A stretch of DNA of 64,000 nt. Origin: Octopus bimaculoides (taxonomy: Eukaryota). A program made the position numbers and the translations under genes. The DNA lies in contig NC_069000.1 in the NCBI RefSeq assembly GCF_001194135.2, positions 13,495,596-13,559,595 on the forward strand, in the 5' to 3' direction. The notes below the pieces were generated by a model that searched no databases, was not told the DNA's origin, and saw nothing but the letters and a program-made list of their open reading frames with translations. Positions 38,846 through 52,043 of the stretch are shown here, one piece after another. How positions within the stretch are numbered: position 1 is the stretch's first letter; every line of letters begins with the position of its first letter.

Positions 38846-39220
38846 NNNNNNNNNNNNNNNNNNNNNNNNNNNNNNNNNNNNNNNNNNNNNNNNNNNNNNN
38901 NNNNNNNNNNNNNNNNNNNNNNNNNNNNNNNNNNNNNNNNNNNNNNNNNNNNNNNNNNNNNNNNNNNNNNNNNNNNNNNNNNNNNNNNNNNNNNNNNNNN
39001 NNNNNNNNNNNNNNNNNNNNNNNNNNNNNNNNNNNNNNNNNNNNNNNNNNNNNNNNNNNNNNNNNNNNNNNNNNNNNNNNNNNNNNNNNNNNNNNNNNNN
39101 NNNNNNNNNNNNNNNNNNNNNNNNNNNNNNNNNNNNNNNNNNNNNNNNNNNNNNNNNNNNNNNNNNNNNNNNNNNNNNNNNNNNNNNNNNNNNNNNNNNN
39201 NNNNNNNNNNNNNNNNNNNN

Positions 39221-39251
<31 letters not shown>

Positions 39252-39699
39252 TTCGCATACAGTACTCCAAGTTTCATGGCAAGCTGCAGGTATGAAATTG
39301 TCACGCTCATGGCTGATGACACTGCTCATCAGTTGTTGCGTGAAGCCACTACAACTTTTTGTATATACACATAGATGCATGGTAAATTTTTTTGATGGTG
39401 AAACGGAGTGTTCAATCGTATGTTTGCCTCCCTGAAGCACAAAGCGTGGCAAGATCCTTCTTAAACATTACGTTAGTGAGAGAGACTCGGAAAATGATCA
39501 GCCTTATGTGTAACAAGAAAAAGTGTAGACCCAGTATCACTGAAATACAGGAATGTATTTAGTATATCGTACAAACATGTGAGACTTACATGCAGCAATT
39601 TGAGTTTCCAGGTAAACCACAATTTTTAATTTGTCTGGTTACTGATGAGCAATCAACGCCCGTGGCACTGCTCATCAATGGTTGAGAAGAAGAGGGAGG

Positions 39700-39813
39700 G
39701 GAATAGATAGACAGAGAGAGAGAGAGATGGGTACATAGATATATAGATAGATGGTAGGTAGATAGGTAGGCAGGTAGGTAGCTAGGAAGGTGATAGACAG
39801 ACAGACAGACAAG

Positions 39814-39890
<77 letters not shown>

Positions 39891-40051
39891 TAATCGGTCG
39901 GTCGGTATATAGGTACGTAGGTAGATAGATACATAGATAGATAGGATAGAAACGGAGAGGGGGAGAGAGGGGGAGGGAAAAGTAGGTAGGTAGGTAGGCA
40001 GGTAGGTACATATGTATGTATGTGGGTAGGTAGGCAGGCAAGCAGGCAGGC

Positions 40052-40126
<75 letters not shown>

Positions 40127-40131
40127 GATAA

Positions 40132-40182
<51 letters not shown>
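39700..40182 (+). repeat. Compound (GATA)/(GGTA)/(GACA) tetranucleotide array
   Basis: Directly visible; explains the YLSI/CLSV ORFs. Confidence 0.95.
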
Positions 40183-40184
<2 letters not shown>

Positions 40185-41141
40185 GCCCACACATATACAT
40201 ATTGATGTTAGTATAAGTATACGATTGTTTGTACGAAAGATTGTACACACACATACACACATATCTGTTTACAAATATACAGATGCATCTATTAGATTCC
40301 AATTATAAACGATGATAGAAAAATAATGAAACCTAATAAACACGTGAACTTTCTTCATATAAAACTGAAAATGTTAAAAGGGGTTGTTGAGTCAAATAAG
40401 ACGAATCATATTATAATGTAGAAGTGATAACAGATATCATAAGTATCAATTTAAAAGAGAAATGAAAAACATCCCCATAGCGCTATAGCGCTTATAGAAT
40501 TGAATATCACTTTACATTGAAAATCTTAGCAGTCAATATTTTCATAGTGAGATAATGAGAAAATATGGCGATGGAAACGAAGTTTAACTGAAAATGCAAA
40601 ATACGTTGTCAAATATATTGATAAATCGGTAAAGATAACCAGAAATTTTCCTTTCTTCGAATGAAGAATGTATTTCTACTCTCTTGGATATTTTATGGAA
40701 TATATTTTCTCACCCACTTTACTATTTCATAGAAAATATCATTCGTTGTTTTCATTTCATTTATTTGGCCCTCCTTTATAGTTTCTATATATATTATATT
40801 GCTTATTGTCCCTCATGAAATATTCAGCTCTGCAATTTCAAATCTCGTGAAGTTTTTTTATCTGCTCAGAGCTAAAAGAGACGAAAAGGAACAAAAGTGC
40901 ACCACTTGCCTGCCTTGAGAATCTGTTGAGTGTAAATTTCTTTCTTCGGCAGAAAATACAAAGTGCAATAAAAACAAAAGCAAAAAAAAAGAGAAAGCAT
41001 TCCCACATTCCAGTTAACAGGGTTTTTAAAGAAATGTAAATTATGGTACTACGAACGAAAATAGTTCCCCAACACTAATAAATTGTTAAATAATGGGCAT
41101 TTTGGCGAAGGGGTACAATTGTTAGCTCGTTTGTGTTTTAG

Positions 41142-41207
41142 GACATCAGTAGGAGCTGGGAGGTGCCTATTACCCCTACAGGATCTACGGAGCAAGTGGG
41201 AGGAAAG
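41142..41207 (+). CDS. Candidate internal exon (66 nt), DISRSWEVPITPTGSTEQVGGK in phase 0
   Basis: Acceptor ctcgtttgtgttttAG (41140-41141), donor AAG|GTAAAA (41208), GC content well above the flanks, open in two frames. Confidence 0.5.
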
Positions 41208-41321
41208 GTAAAAACCACGACCAGTGGGCACCTGCATAAGGATATTGAGACCTGACCCGAGTGGTTTTTAATATAATAGACTCTAATAGAAGTACCCAAG
41301 ATTGTCAATTGATGGTGGTCA

Positions 41322-41506
41322 TGCAAGGGGTGCTGAAAAGTTCCCGGCTTTAAGGGCATTGCGGAAAGCTTGGCTGGAGGCCCAACCTTCTGAGTTCTTT
41401 TACAGGACTTCGAAAAACTGAGGGACCGCTACAATAAGTGTGTGAATCTAAGAAGGAAATATTTGCATAAAATCATAATTAACTGATCCTCCTGTATTTT
41501 CTTTTA
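41322..41506 (+). mobile_element. Mariner-derived deletion element (MITE-like), 3' TIR missing
   Basis: TIR-like start tgcaaggggtgctgaaaagttcccggct fused to a mariner transposase C-terminus (WLEAQPSEF / LQDFEKLRDRYNKCVNLRRKY). Confidence 0.8.
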
Positions 41507-42606
41507 TCGCATATCGAACGAAGGATTGTCTTCTCGATAAGGACAGACACAGTCAATCTGAATTCCACTCACAAGACTTGGTTCGACATGAGTATGTCGT
41601 TAAAAAAATTTTCAAAACTGTCAAGCAATGAAGTCGAACGCAGAACCACATCCTTGCGAGCGAAGTCTTTTAACTACACAACCACCAACATCTTATTTGT
41701 TTAGTTTCGAGTTTCTAATACAAAAACAATAAAAGTAATCATTTCTTGCGTCGACATTATTATGGTTTGGGCTGCAAGGCATCAGATTTATAGAAGACAC
41801 TGGAATCAATGATGTTCATACCTTTTAAATAAATATCTCCAACGGTAACGATAATAATCTCATCTTTAGTAGCAATAGTTGCGGATAAGACGGACTAAAA
41901 CAACAAGATTAGTGAGTGGAGATTGAGAGATAAGAGAGAATCGTGTTTGAAGCAATAAAGTATCCAGTTACATGTATACTTCTAAATTCAAATACAGTTG
42001 AGGGTTGATAAAATATTTACCAATTATACTCCAGGATCAAGTTAATTGTCTCTATCTCTCCGCCTGGTAAATTTGGTCGTGCGTTTAGTCAATAGAAACC
42101 AATATTTGTAATAATTGACGACTAGGGCTGCAACCGCATTTCGATTTGGTATTGAGGAAAAGTCACTTCACTTAAGCTATCAATGCTCTTGAGAAAGGCA
42201 TAAAATGTCTCAGCTTTCCATTTCCTTTCTCTTACAAATGTAAGGAATTCTAGCTTGATTAATACTGATCAATTTCCTTACTTCTTACTATCCAAAGGCA
42301 GCGATAGTTATCATAGAGAGGAATAATAGACTAAAGGAGATGTGAGAGGTGCAGTGGAGGGGAGAGAAAGGGCAAGAGAGAGAGAGAAAGAGAGAGAGAG
42401 GGGGAGGGAGACCGAAATATAAACAGTAAAGAGTGGAATGCAGGAGAAAGTGGTTGTTAGTAATAATAACACTAGTGAAAACAAGGATTGAATGATAAAC
42501 TGTTAGAAAGTTTTCAAATAAGACGGGCGGCCATTTTTTTGGATACTGCTAAAATGGATAATTTTAGTGTGCCGATTACCAAGCGATATGAGGTAGGGAC
42601 AAACAC

Positions 42607-42676
<70 letters not shown>

Positions 42677-43228
42677 ATATATACAACGGGCTTATTTCAG
42701 TTTCCGTCTACATGTATATATATGCCACTGTGTGTATGTGTAATGCATGTATGGATGTATGTTACACACTGACGACTATGAATATATTTGAAATAAGACG
42801 ACAGACCAACAACTTCAGTAATATGTGACATTTTCTCAAAGGCAGGTTAGTATTGAGATCATATGATGTGTTATTTAATCGAGCTGCTGGTGACGGTTTT
42901 TGACAATATTTTAACCCATATTTCTGTTTGGTATCCTACTCCATGAATTTTGTATTTGTACTATCTTTATTGATTATTTTTCAATTTAATCTTGACATTC
43001 AATAATGAAGATATTTAAAAACCGGAACTATTTGATAACGAAACTATTTACATTCACAGTTATCCTTTCATATTTAACGTTGATGACAGTAAATCGATGG
43101 GACACATGTTATCCGGTAGTTCCAAAACAATTTAATTATAGATTAAAAACAAAATAATAATTCAAAATAACAATACCGTACTTACAAAAATATGCAATAT
43201 TATCTGCAAAAACAAAAAGGAAAGAAAA

Positions 43229-43390
43229 GGCGCAGGAGTGGCTGTGTGGTAAGTAGTTTGCTTACCAACCACATGGTCCCGGGTTCGGTCTCACTGCGTG
43301 GCACCTTGGGTAAGTGTCTTCTACTATAGCCTCGGGCCGACCAAAGCCTTGTGAGTGGATTTGGTAGATGGAAACTGGAAGAAGCCCGTC
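43229..43390 (+). mobile_element. SINE family B, best-preserved copy
   Basis: A box TGGCTGTGTGG, B-box-like GGTTCGGTCT, body ending ggaaactggaagaagcccgtc, followed by a gap and then (TA)/(CA) repeat. Confidence 0.92.
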
Positions 43391-44261
43391 NNNNNNNNNN
43401 NNNNNNNNNNNNNNNNNNNNNNNNNNNNNNNNNNNNNNNNNNNNNNNNNNNNNNNNNNNNNNNNNNNNNNNNNNNNNNNNNNNNNNNNNNNNNNNNNNNN
43501 NNNNNNNNNNNNNNNNNNNNNNNNNNNNNNNNNNNNNNNNNNNNNNNNNNNNNNNNNNNNNNNNNNNNNNNNNNNNNNNNNNNNNNNNNNNNNNNNNNNN
43601 NNNNNNNNNNNNNNNNNNNNNNNNNNNNNNNNNNNNNNNNNNNNNNNNNNNNNNNNNNNNNNNNNNNNNNNNNNNNNNNNNNNNNNNNNNNNNNNNNNNN
43701 NNNNNNNNNNNNNNNNNNNNNNNNNNNNNNNNNNNNNNNNNNNNNNNNNNNNNNNNNNNNNNNNNNNNNNNNNNNNNNNNNNNNNNNNNNNNNNNNNNNN
43801 NNNNNNNNNNNNNNNNNNNNNNNNNNNNNNNNNNNNNNNNNNNNNNNNNNNNNNNNNNNNNNNNNNNNNNNNNNNNNNNNNNNNNNNNNNNNNNNNNNNN
43901 NNNNNNNNNNNNNNNNNNNNNNNNNNNNNNNNNNNNNNNNNNNNNNNNNNNNNNNNNNNNNNNNNNNNNNNNNNNNNNNNNNNNNNNNNNNNNNNNNNNN
44001 NNNNNNNNNNNNNNNNNNNNNNNNNNNNNNNNNNNNNNNNNNNNNNNNNNNNNNNNNNNNNNNNNNNNNNNNNNNNNNNNNNNNNNNNNNNNNNNNNNNN
44101 NNNNNNNNNNNNNNNNNNNNNNNNNNNNNNNNNNNNNNNNNNNNNNNNNNNNNNNNNNNNNNNNNNNNNNNNNNNNNNNNNNNNNNNNNNNNNNNNNNNN
44201 NNNNNNNNNNNNNNNNNNNNNNNNNNNNNNNNNNNNNNNNNNNNNNNNNNNNNNNNNNNNN

Positions 44262-44355
<94 letters not shown>

Positions 44356-45566
44356 CAAATATATTGTTACTAAAATTACTTCCTATGTAAAAAAAAAAAT
44401 GATTGCAAATTTATTGTTAGTTACAAATGCAATGTTCTACTAAACTACTTATAAGCAAACAAAATAAATAATTTAATAACGACAAACTGTCTTCTTGCTG
44501 ATCCAATCATGAAACAAACTTATGTGTCTGAGTGGCTATGTTTCCCAAGCTGTAAGGAAATATGAAATATTCAGATATAACAAATTGCATAGTTAATTGA
44601 ATATCAGCAGAACAAGATTTATGCATATAAAAATACGTACACTTAACATCTACGTACAAATATATTTACTTATGTAATTCCATTGTTTGTGTACATATGT
44701 GATGATTAACCCTAAATTTTCCTGTTTATTTGACGATAGACAAATATAAAACTTTTTACATAGCATTCAAAGAGGATAAAATGTTGAATCTTAACGTCTG
44801 ATATTTTCAATGAAAGATATACAAACTGTTTAACGCAAAGTCAGCCTAATCGATAGGTTTATACACATTGCACTGTGTAAGAAAATTTTTATTCTTTTTT
44901 GTCTTTGGTCAGTAAGTGTTGTTTCCTATTTGTTTCTATCTGAAAATCAAAGGAAATGACTACTATTCCCTTCAAACTTTGCTTTTGTAATCTGGAAATC
45001 AACGTTTTGAAACTGACTTATTTTCCATTACATTTCAACAAATTCCGCGTGGCAGTCCTACACAAGGACGATGTTACTGTCTTTTAACCCTAAGAAAACA
45101 TATTTTCCAGTTGGCTACCGCCGCACTGTCTGTACCCGTATAGTATATGCAAGAGAGGTCATCCCTCCCATCTCTAGCCTCACGTTATGCTTTTCCATAT
45201 GACTATTCTCAATTTACCTTCCAAGATCGTTTTGGAGATATATTAACTACCACTTTAAAATATCAAGTGTTGCTAATTCTAATATTCAATATATTTCATT
45301 TTATTTTATTATATTTCTTCTATTTTAATTTATTTTATTCACTTATTTACTGTTTTCATACGAAGATTTTTAGTTATATTTTTATAGAATTTTTAAAATC
45401 ATTCATTGATGTTTTATGATGTCTGCTTCCCAATTTCCTGTCTATTTACTAAAGTCCTGTTTTATTACAAATATATNNNNNNNNNNNNNNNNNNNNNNNN
45501 NNNNNNNNNNNNNNNNNNNNNNNNNNNNNNNNNNNNNNNNNNNNNNNNNNNNNNNNNNNNNNNNNN

Positions 45567-45597
<31 letters not shown>

Positions 45598-45882
45598 TCC
45601 TTTACATTTATTCGCAATGGCTTATTCCCTGCTCTTCTACTACAACCCCATACGCACACTTCACACATGCACCCCTCCCCCTACCGCATTGCAATAATCT
45701 TTGACATAGACATATACGCCAATTTCAATCAATATTACATTTTTATTTTTCTCTTTACATTTTTTTTTCTCTCTATCTAAAAGTATGAGTATGCATTATC
45801 TGAAATATCTCTCCCTTTGCACTCCTATATGTAATATGTGTGTGCGCATGTGTGTGCATGTATGAATATTATGTAGGTAAGT

Positions 45883-46395
45883 ATGAAAATCGTCTCGATG
45901 CAACATGTTAGCTACTGGGAAAGACTGAAGGAATTAAAACTCTTCTCCCTGGAACGAAGGAGGGAGAGATATGCAGTAATATACATCTGGAAAATCCTAG
46001 AAGGCCTTGTACCAAACTTTGGCATTGACAGTTATTCAGACTGCAGAACGGGGCGCTACTGCATAGTGCCAAGGATCCCAGCATCGCCATCAAAATACAG
46101 GACCAGACACTGCAACAGCTTGGGCTTCAAGGGCCCACAGCTCTTTAATGTCCTTCCAAAATGCTTGAGAGACCTGCATAGTGTGGATGTAAGTGTCTTT
46201 AAAACAAAAGTGGATCTCTTCCTGTTACGGGTTCCAGACGAACCTACTTCACGGCAGGAAACTCAGATGAGGGCAGCAGCATCAAACTCCCTCATTGACC
46301 AAATGCTACATATCAGAAAAGGTTCCAAACAATGGTGTAGCTCAATCAATGATGGTGCTCCAGCATGACCATAGCTTTGCAGCTGAAACATTTTA
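45883..46395 (+). mobile_element. CR1-clade LINE ORF2 C-terminus plus 3' tail, 5'-truncated
   Basis: Open 161-aa frame containing YWERLKELKLFSLERRRERYAVIYIWKILEG...NSLGFKGPQLFNVLP...FKTKVDLFL...PDEP, typical of the region after the RT domain in CR1 elements. Confidence 0.9.
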
Positions 46396-46849
46396 AAATA
46401 TTAAGATATAAAATATTTAACTTAACTAAAGTGTATGAAAATTTATTGAGACTCAACGGATTTTCAATTAGCTGAGGATCAGTTAGCTGTCTAGTTTACC
46501 TACTAAATTAATTGACTTTATACTCGTGGTTAAATTTCAATGGTTATTAGATTTAACCAGTAGCCCAGTTTAACACACTGCCTGGTTTTGAGACTTTTAG
46601 CAAAGTCTATTCTATTGCATATAATGGCTACGTGTATTATCAGTAGCCCCATCGTAATATAAGCGCGCGTGTGAGTGTGTGTGTGTGTGTATCTATGTAT
46701 CTATGTGCGTATGCATGTGCACCACAAGTGTGATTCTGTGTGCGTATTTGTGTGTTTGTATGCATGTGTATATTTGCATGTATATGTATGTGTATATATT
46801 TATGCATATATGAATATACATGTATACATATACATATGTATACACACAC

Positions 46850-46880
<31 letters not shown>

Positions 46881-48102
46881 NNNNNNNNNNNNNNNNNNNN
46901 NNNNNNNNNNNNNNNNNNNNNNNNNNNNNNNNNNNNNNNNNNNNNNNNNNNNNNNNNNNNNNNNNNNNNNNNNNNNNNNNNNNNNNNNNNNNNNNNNNNN
47001 NNNNNNNNNNNNNNNNNNNNNNNNNNNNNNNNNNNNNNNNNNNNNNNNNNNNNNNNNNNNNNNNNNNNNNNNNNNNNNNNNNNNNNNNNNNNNNNNNNNN
47101 NNNNNNNNNNNNNNNNNNNNNNNNNNNNNNNNNNNNNNNNNNNNNNNNNNNNNNNNNNNNNNNNNNNNNNNNNNNNNNNNNNNNNNNNNNNNNNNNNNNN
47201 NNNNNNNNNNNNNNNNNNNNNNNNNNNNNNNNNNNNNNNNNNNNNNNNNNNNNNNNNNNNNNNNNNNNNNNNNNNNNNNNNNNNNNNNNNNNNNNNNNNN
47301 NNNNNNNNNNNNNNNNNNNNNNNNNNNNNNNNNNNNNNNNNNNNNNNNNNNNNNNNNNNNNNNNNNNNNNNNNNNNNNNNNNNNNNNNNNNNNNNNNNNN
47401 NNNNNNNNNNNNNNNNNNNNNNNNNNNNNNNNNNNNNNNNNNNNNNNNNNNNNNNNNNNNNNNNNNNNNNNNNNNNNNNNNNNNNNNNNNNNNNNNNNNN
47501 NNNNNNNNNNNNNNNNNNNNNNNNNNNNNNNNNNNNNNNNNNNNNNNNNNNNNNNNNNNNNNNNNNNNNNNNNNNNNNNNNNNNNNNNNTCTATCTATCT
47601 ATCTATCTATCTATCTCTTTCTCTCCCTTGCTCTCAGACACTGACCTGTGTAGCAACTTCTCTTTCCCTCAGCATCCATCCGTCCATTCCCTGCATCCAT
47701 ACAGTTTTGTAATCAGTCCGTCCGTTCGTCAAGGAATTTATGTTTAGCGGTGTCGATGACGTCGGATAAAATATCCGACAGGAGCTGATGATGACTAATC
47801 TTTTATGGAAAAGGTAGAAGCCACAGGAATGACTGAGGAAATATTTAGCTGACGTAAGTTTCCCTCCCATACAACAGCTGTTCTGCTAACGATATGCTAA
47901 GCTAGATTTACTGGAGCCTACAGGTCGCTTATGACACGTTATAAATATTTGCTGGGTTCGGTTGTGCGCGGGATTCACTTGTAGCGCTTCAGAATCCGAT
48001 ATGATATCTTCTAGCAGGTTGTCACCCATAACTTCACTCTTCCCACCACCCACCCATCCCCTTTCGTACATCTCTTTGTAGCTTTCTAATTACTCATCCA
48101 TC

Positions 48103-48164
<62 letters not shown>

Positions 48165-48895
48165 NNNNNNNNNNNNNNNNNNNNNNNNNNNNNNNNNNNN
48201 NNNNNNNNNNNNNNNNNNNNNNNNNNNNNNNNNNNNNNNNNNNNNNNNNNNNNNNNNNNNNNNNNNNNNNNNNNNNNNNNNNNNNNNNNNNNNNNNNNNN
48301 NNNNNNNNNNNNNNNNNNNNNNNNNNNNNNNNNNNNNNNNNNNNNNNNNNNNNNNNNNNNNNNNNNNNNNNNNNNNNNNNNNNNNNNNNNNNNNNNNNNN
48401 NNNNNNNNNNNNNNNNNNNNNNNNNNNNNNNNNNNNNNNNNNNNNNNNNNNNNNNNNNNNNNNNNNNNNNNNNNNNNNNNNNNNNNNNNNNNNNNNNNNN
48501 NNNNNNNNNNNNNNNNNNNNNNNNNNNNNNNNNNNNNNNNNNNNNNNNNNNNNNNNNNNNNNNNNNNNNNNNNNNNNNNNNNNNNNNNNNNNNNNNNNNN
48601 NNNNNNNNNNNNNNNNNNNNNNNNNNNNNNNNNNNNNNNNNNNNNNNNNNNNNNNNNNNNNNNNNNNNNNNNNNNNNNNNNNNNNNNNNNNNNNNNNNNN
48701 NNNNNNNNNNNNNNNNNNNNNNNNNNNNNNNNNNNNNNNNNNNNNNNNNNNNNNNNNNNNNNNNNNNNNNNNNNNNNNNNNNNNNNNNNNNNNNNNNNNN
48801 NNNNNNNNNNNNNNNNNNNNNNNNNNNNNNNNNNNNNNNNNNNNNNNNNNNNNNNNNNNNNNNNNNNNNNNNNNNNNNNNTATATACATTCATAT

Positions 48896-48926
<31 letters not shown>

Positions 48927-49780
48927 CCAAATCATTGAGATCAAATATACTCATCAATATTTCTTTATAGCCTCACCCGAATTTTCACTCCAAATTCCTC
49001 TCTCAACCCCTCGGCTTCTTTAACTCCCATTCCTGCTTCCTTCTTATTTCTTTCTTCACCAAACGCCTACCATCATTCGCTCTTTCATATTACATATTCG
49101 TCATCGACCATCAAATCTTTCATCACGAAATATGTTTCCTCCCTTATTTATTTTTATTATTTTTTTTTTGCCGCAGCCTCCCGCCGCATCTTGGCTCTCT
49201 TCATTACTTTTGGACAAACATGAAATTCAATGATATGCAACGTTGTTCATGCTGTGAAATATATACGTTATTGATTTTTACCCAAAACTATAACAATTGC
49301 TTTACGATGTCATTCAATATTTAAGTTCACATTTAATGGTTGATCATATATTTACTAGCATAGACAAAAATCATACGTATATATGTGTGTGTGAGTGTAT
49401 ATGTATGCTTATACATACATACAACAGATATATATATATTTATACACAAACGCATACAAAATATACGTATATTTATTTATATATATATGAATATATGTGT
49501 ATGTATTTCTGCGTGGATCTTGTGTGTACTTATAAGTGAATGTATGTACGTATGTATGTATCTATGCATGTATATATGCATGTATGCATATATGTAAGTA
49601 AGTATATATGAATACATTTATATATATACATACACAAAATAATCGTATTTTTATTTTTATAAGTATGTATCTATGTGTGTGTGTGTATATGTTTCTGCAT
49701 GAATCATTTGTGTACTTACATGTGCATGCATGTACCTATGTATGTATGTTTGCATGCATGTATGTATGCATACTATACAT

Positions 49781-49840
49781 CTTTTATCTTTTACTTGTTT
49801 CAGTTATGAAACTGCGGTCATGTTGAGACACAGTCTTGAA
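49781..49840 (-). mobile_element. CR1-type 3' tail copy
   Basis: Minus strand caacatgaccgcagtttcataactgaaacaagtaaaagataaaag resembles 46358-46389 and 7291-7322. Confidence 0.65.
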
Positions 49841-50140
49841 GAATTTTAGTAGTTCAGCAAATGAACCGTTTGGATAAGTAGCAAGCTTAAAAGATAACCA
49901 CTAAGGTCAATTTGTTTGACTAAACCATTCAAGGCACTCACCCAGCTCCAATACAGACTAACAAGCACAAGTAGCATGTTAACACAGGCCTTGGTGGAAG
50001 ATATAAAGCAATGTTTCTCCACCATCTTTTATCCACGGACCCCTTTGATTTTTACTTTACTCAGATGAACCCTCCAAGTCTTTCTATGCTTTAAAAAAAA
50101 TCATATTATCATATTTTTATGGTTGAATATTACAAATTAG

Positions 50141-50304
50141 GAAGGGAGCGAACTGACAGAAGCGTTAGCACGCCGGGCGAAATGCTTAGCGATATTTCGT
50201 CTGTCTTTGTGTTCTGAGTTCAAATTCCGCCTAGGTCGACTTTGCCTTTCATCTTTTCGGGGGTCGATAAATTAAGTACCAGTTACGTACAGTCGATCTA
50301 ATCG
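50141..50304 (+). mobile_element. SINE family A, young-looking, ending in (TG)n
   Basis: gttagcacgccgggcgaaatgcttagc... ctgagttcaaattccgcctaggtcgactttgcctttcatc... aagtaccagt. Confidence 0.92.
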
Positions 50305-50813
50305 TATGTGTGTGTGTGTGTGTGTATGAACGTAGGCTTGTATGTTTGTAAATAGATACACACAGATAAATATATAGATACATAAAAAAGCTAAACAGAG
50401 AAATGCAATTAGACAGATCGATGTTGGGCGAATGTATGCGTTTGCGCACGCGTTTGTGGGCGTGTGAATGTGTGTGTGTGTGTGTTTTAAATTTGTATAA
50501 TGACAGTCTCTGAACTCGGAACGGCTAGATTTTCTAGGCTATCAATGGTTAAACAAACATCTAAATAACACGTCTGATGATATATTTTAATGTGAAAACT
50601 CGCACAATTGAATATAAACGACTTATCAAGCAACAAGGCTCAATGAAAGTCTACAGTTATTTGTGAATATATTTAAATTTAATTTCAACTATTTACTTTA
50701 CTATTGTATCGAGTATGTTTGTCTTGCTATTCAATCTATCACTAGAAATTTATCAATTTACTTCCTCTATTATACTTGAACGTTATGTACTGATAGATAT
50801 ATGTATATTTTTA

Positions 50814-50844
<31 letters not shown>

Positions 50845-50852
<8 letters not shown>

Positions 50853-50978
50853 GATACTGAAAACTTTCTGGCTTTAAAGGCGCCACGAAAGGCTTGGTTG
50901 GAGGCCTAACCTTCCGAATTCTCTTACAAGGCTTAGAAAAATTGGAGGAATACTGCAATAAGTTATCTAGGAATAAAC
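50845..50978 (+). mobile_element. Mariner-derived deletion element, second copy, at the end of a (TA)n tract
   Basis: gggatactgaaaactttctggctttaaagg...ggcttggttggaggcctaaccttccgaattc... aligns with 41327-41455. Confidence 0.8.
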
Positions 50979-51496
50979 TCTTCAGTATGTCCTTCCAATA
51001 TGATTTAAGAGAGATTTCACAGCTATTTCTATCAGGTTTATTGCGCATGTTGAGGATAAGTCACTGATTCGTAACTGGAGAGGAAAAGCGTTAAAAATCG
51101 CATGATGTGGGTGGGATTTTTCGAATGACTTATATATCGGCATACTGGTATGGTTTGTAGGAAGATATTTCTCCGCATGCGCATTCAAATACCCTCAAAA
51201 ACACATGAGAACGTTCTTTATATCTCGCAGTTTACCTCGTTCAAAGTTAAGATGGATCAGCCATAAATTGTCTTTGTAAAGTGTTTAGTTTGTGACGATT
51301 CCATTATGATCTTTCTACAGTTGACATTTATTACGTGAAAGATTTTGGATGTCTCGTTGAAGAGCATGGTTTGATGGCTGGATATGCAGCATAAACACAC
51401 ATTCATGTAGTCCTCTCACGCGCACACATATACACAAAATCCTCAAAAACATACGTAGGCACGTTCATATATAAATTTATACACACAGATATACCC

Positions 51497-51572
<76 letters not shown>

Positions 51573-51611
51573 GTATAATGTATGTATATGTATATTATAC
51601 ACACAATTAGT

Positions 51612-51662
51612 TGAGAAGAAGAAGAAGAAGAAGAAGAAGAAGAAGAAGAAGAAGAAGAAGAA
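51612..51662 (+). repeat. (GAA)n microsatellite
   Basis: Directly visible. Confidence 0.97.
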
Positions 51663-52043
51663 CGAAAGATCGAATGTGTAAATAAAACGCCACAGATTTC
51701 AGTTCTTCGCAGCAAATTCTTACTTGACTCAAAATGGTGTCTCCCTCCTTATCAACATGAAATACTTATGCTCAGTTGCACCAAAGCCTATATTCCGCCA
51801 TATTCCCATTTAAAAGCAAAAATGTGTATAAAGTAACAGTTAAACAGCAATTTATTGGTTAGTGGGCATTCTTCAATGTTTTGAAGAGGTTTATTTCGAC
51901 AGTGCTCGTCATAAAATACTGAATAATCTGGTCTTAAAATGCCATAAATGGAGAAACTATAACTGGAAAGCAAGGTTTGGATGTTCTTTTGGGTATAAAA
52001 ATGTGAATTTAACGTTTGTTATTTGTTTTTATTACGCGAAGCA

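Noticed and set aside
50573-50600. Hammerhead ribozyme core (CTGATGA...GAAA); a similar variant near 62510-62545
   Set aside because: No pairing stem II at 50573, and the 62510 site lacks the CTGA core.
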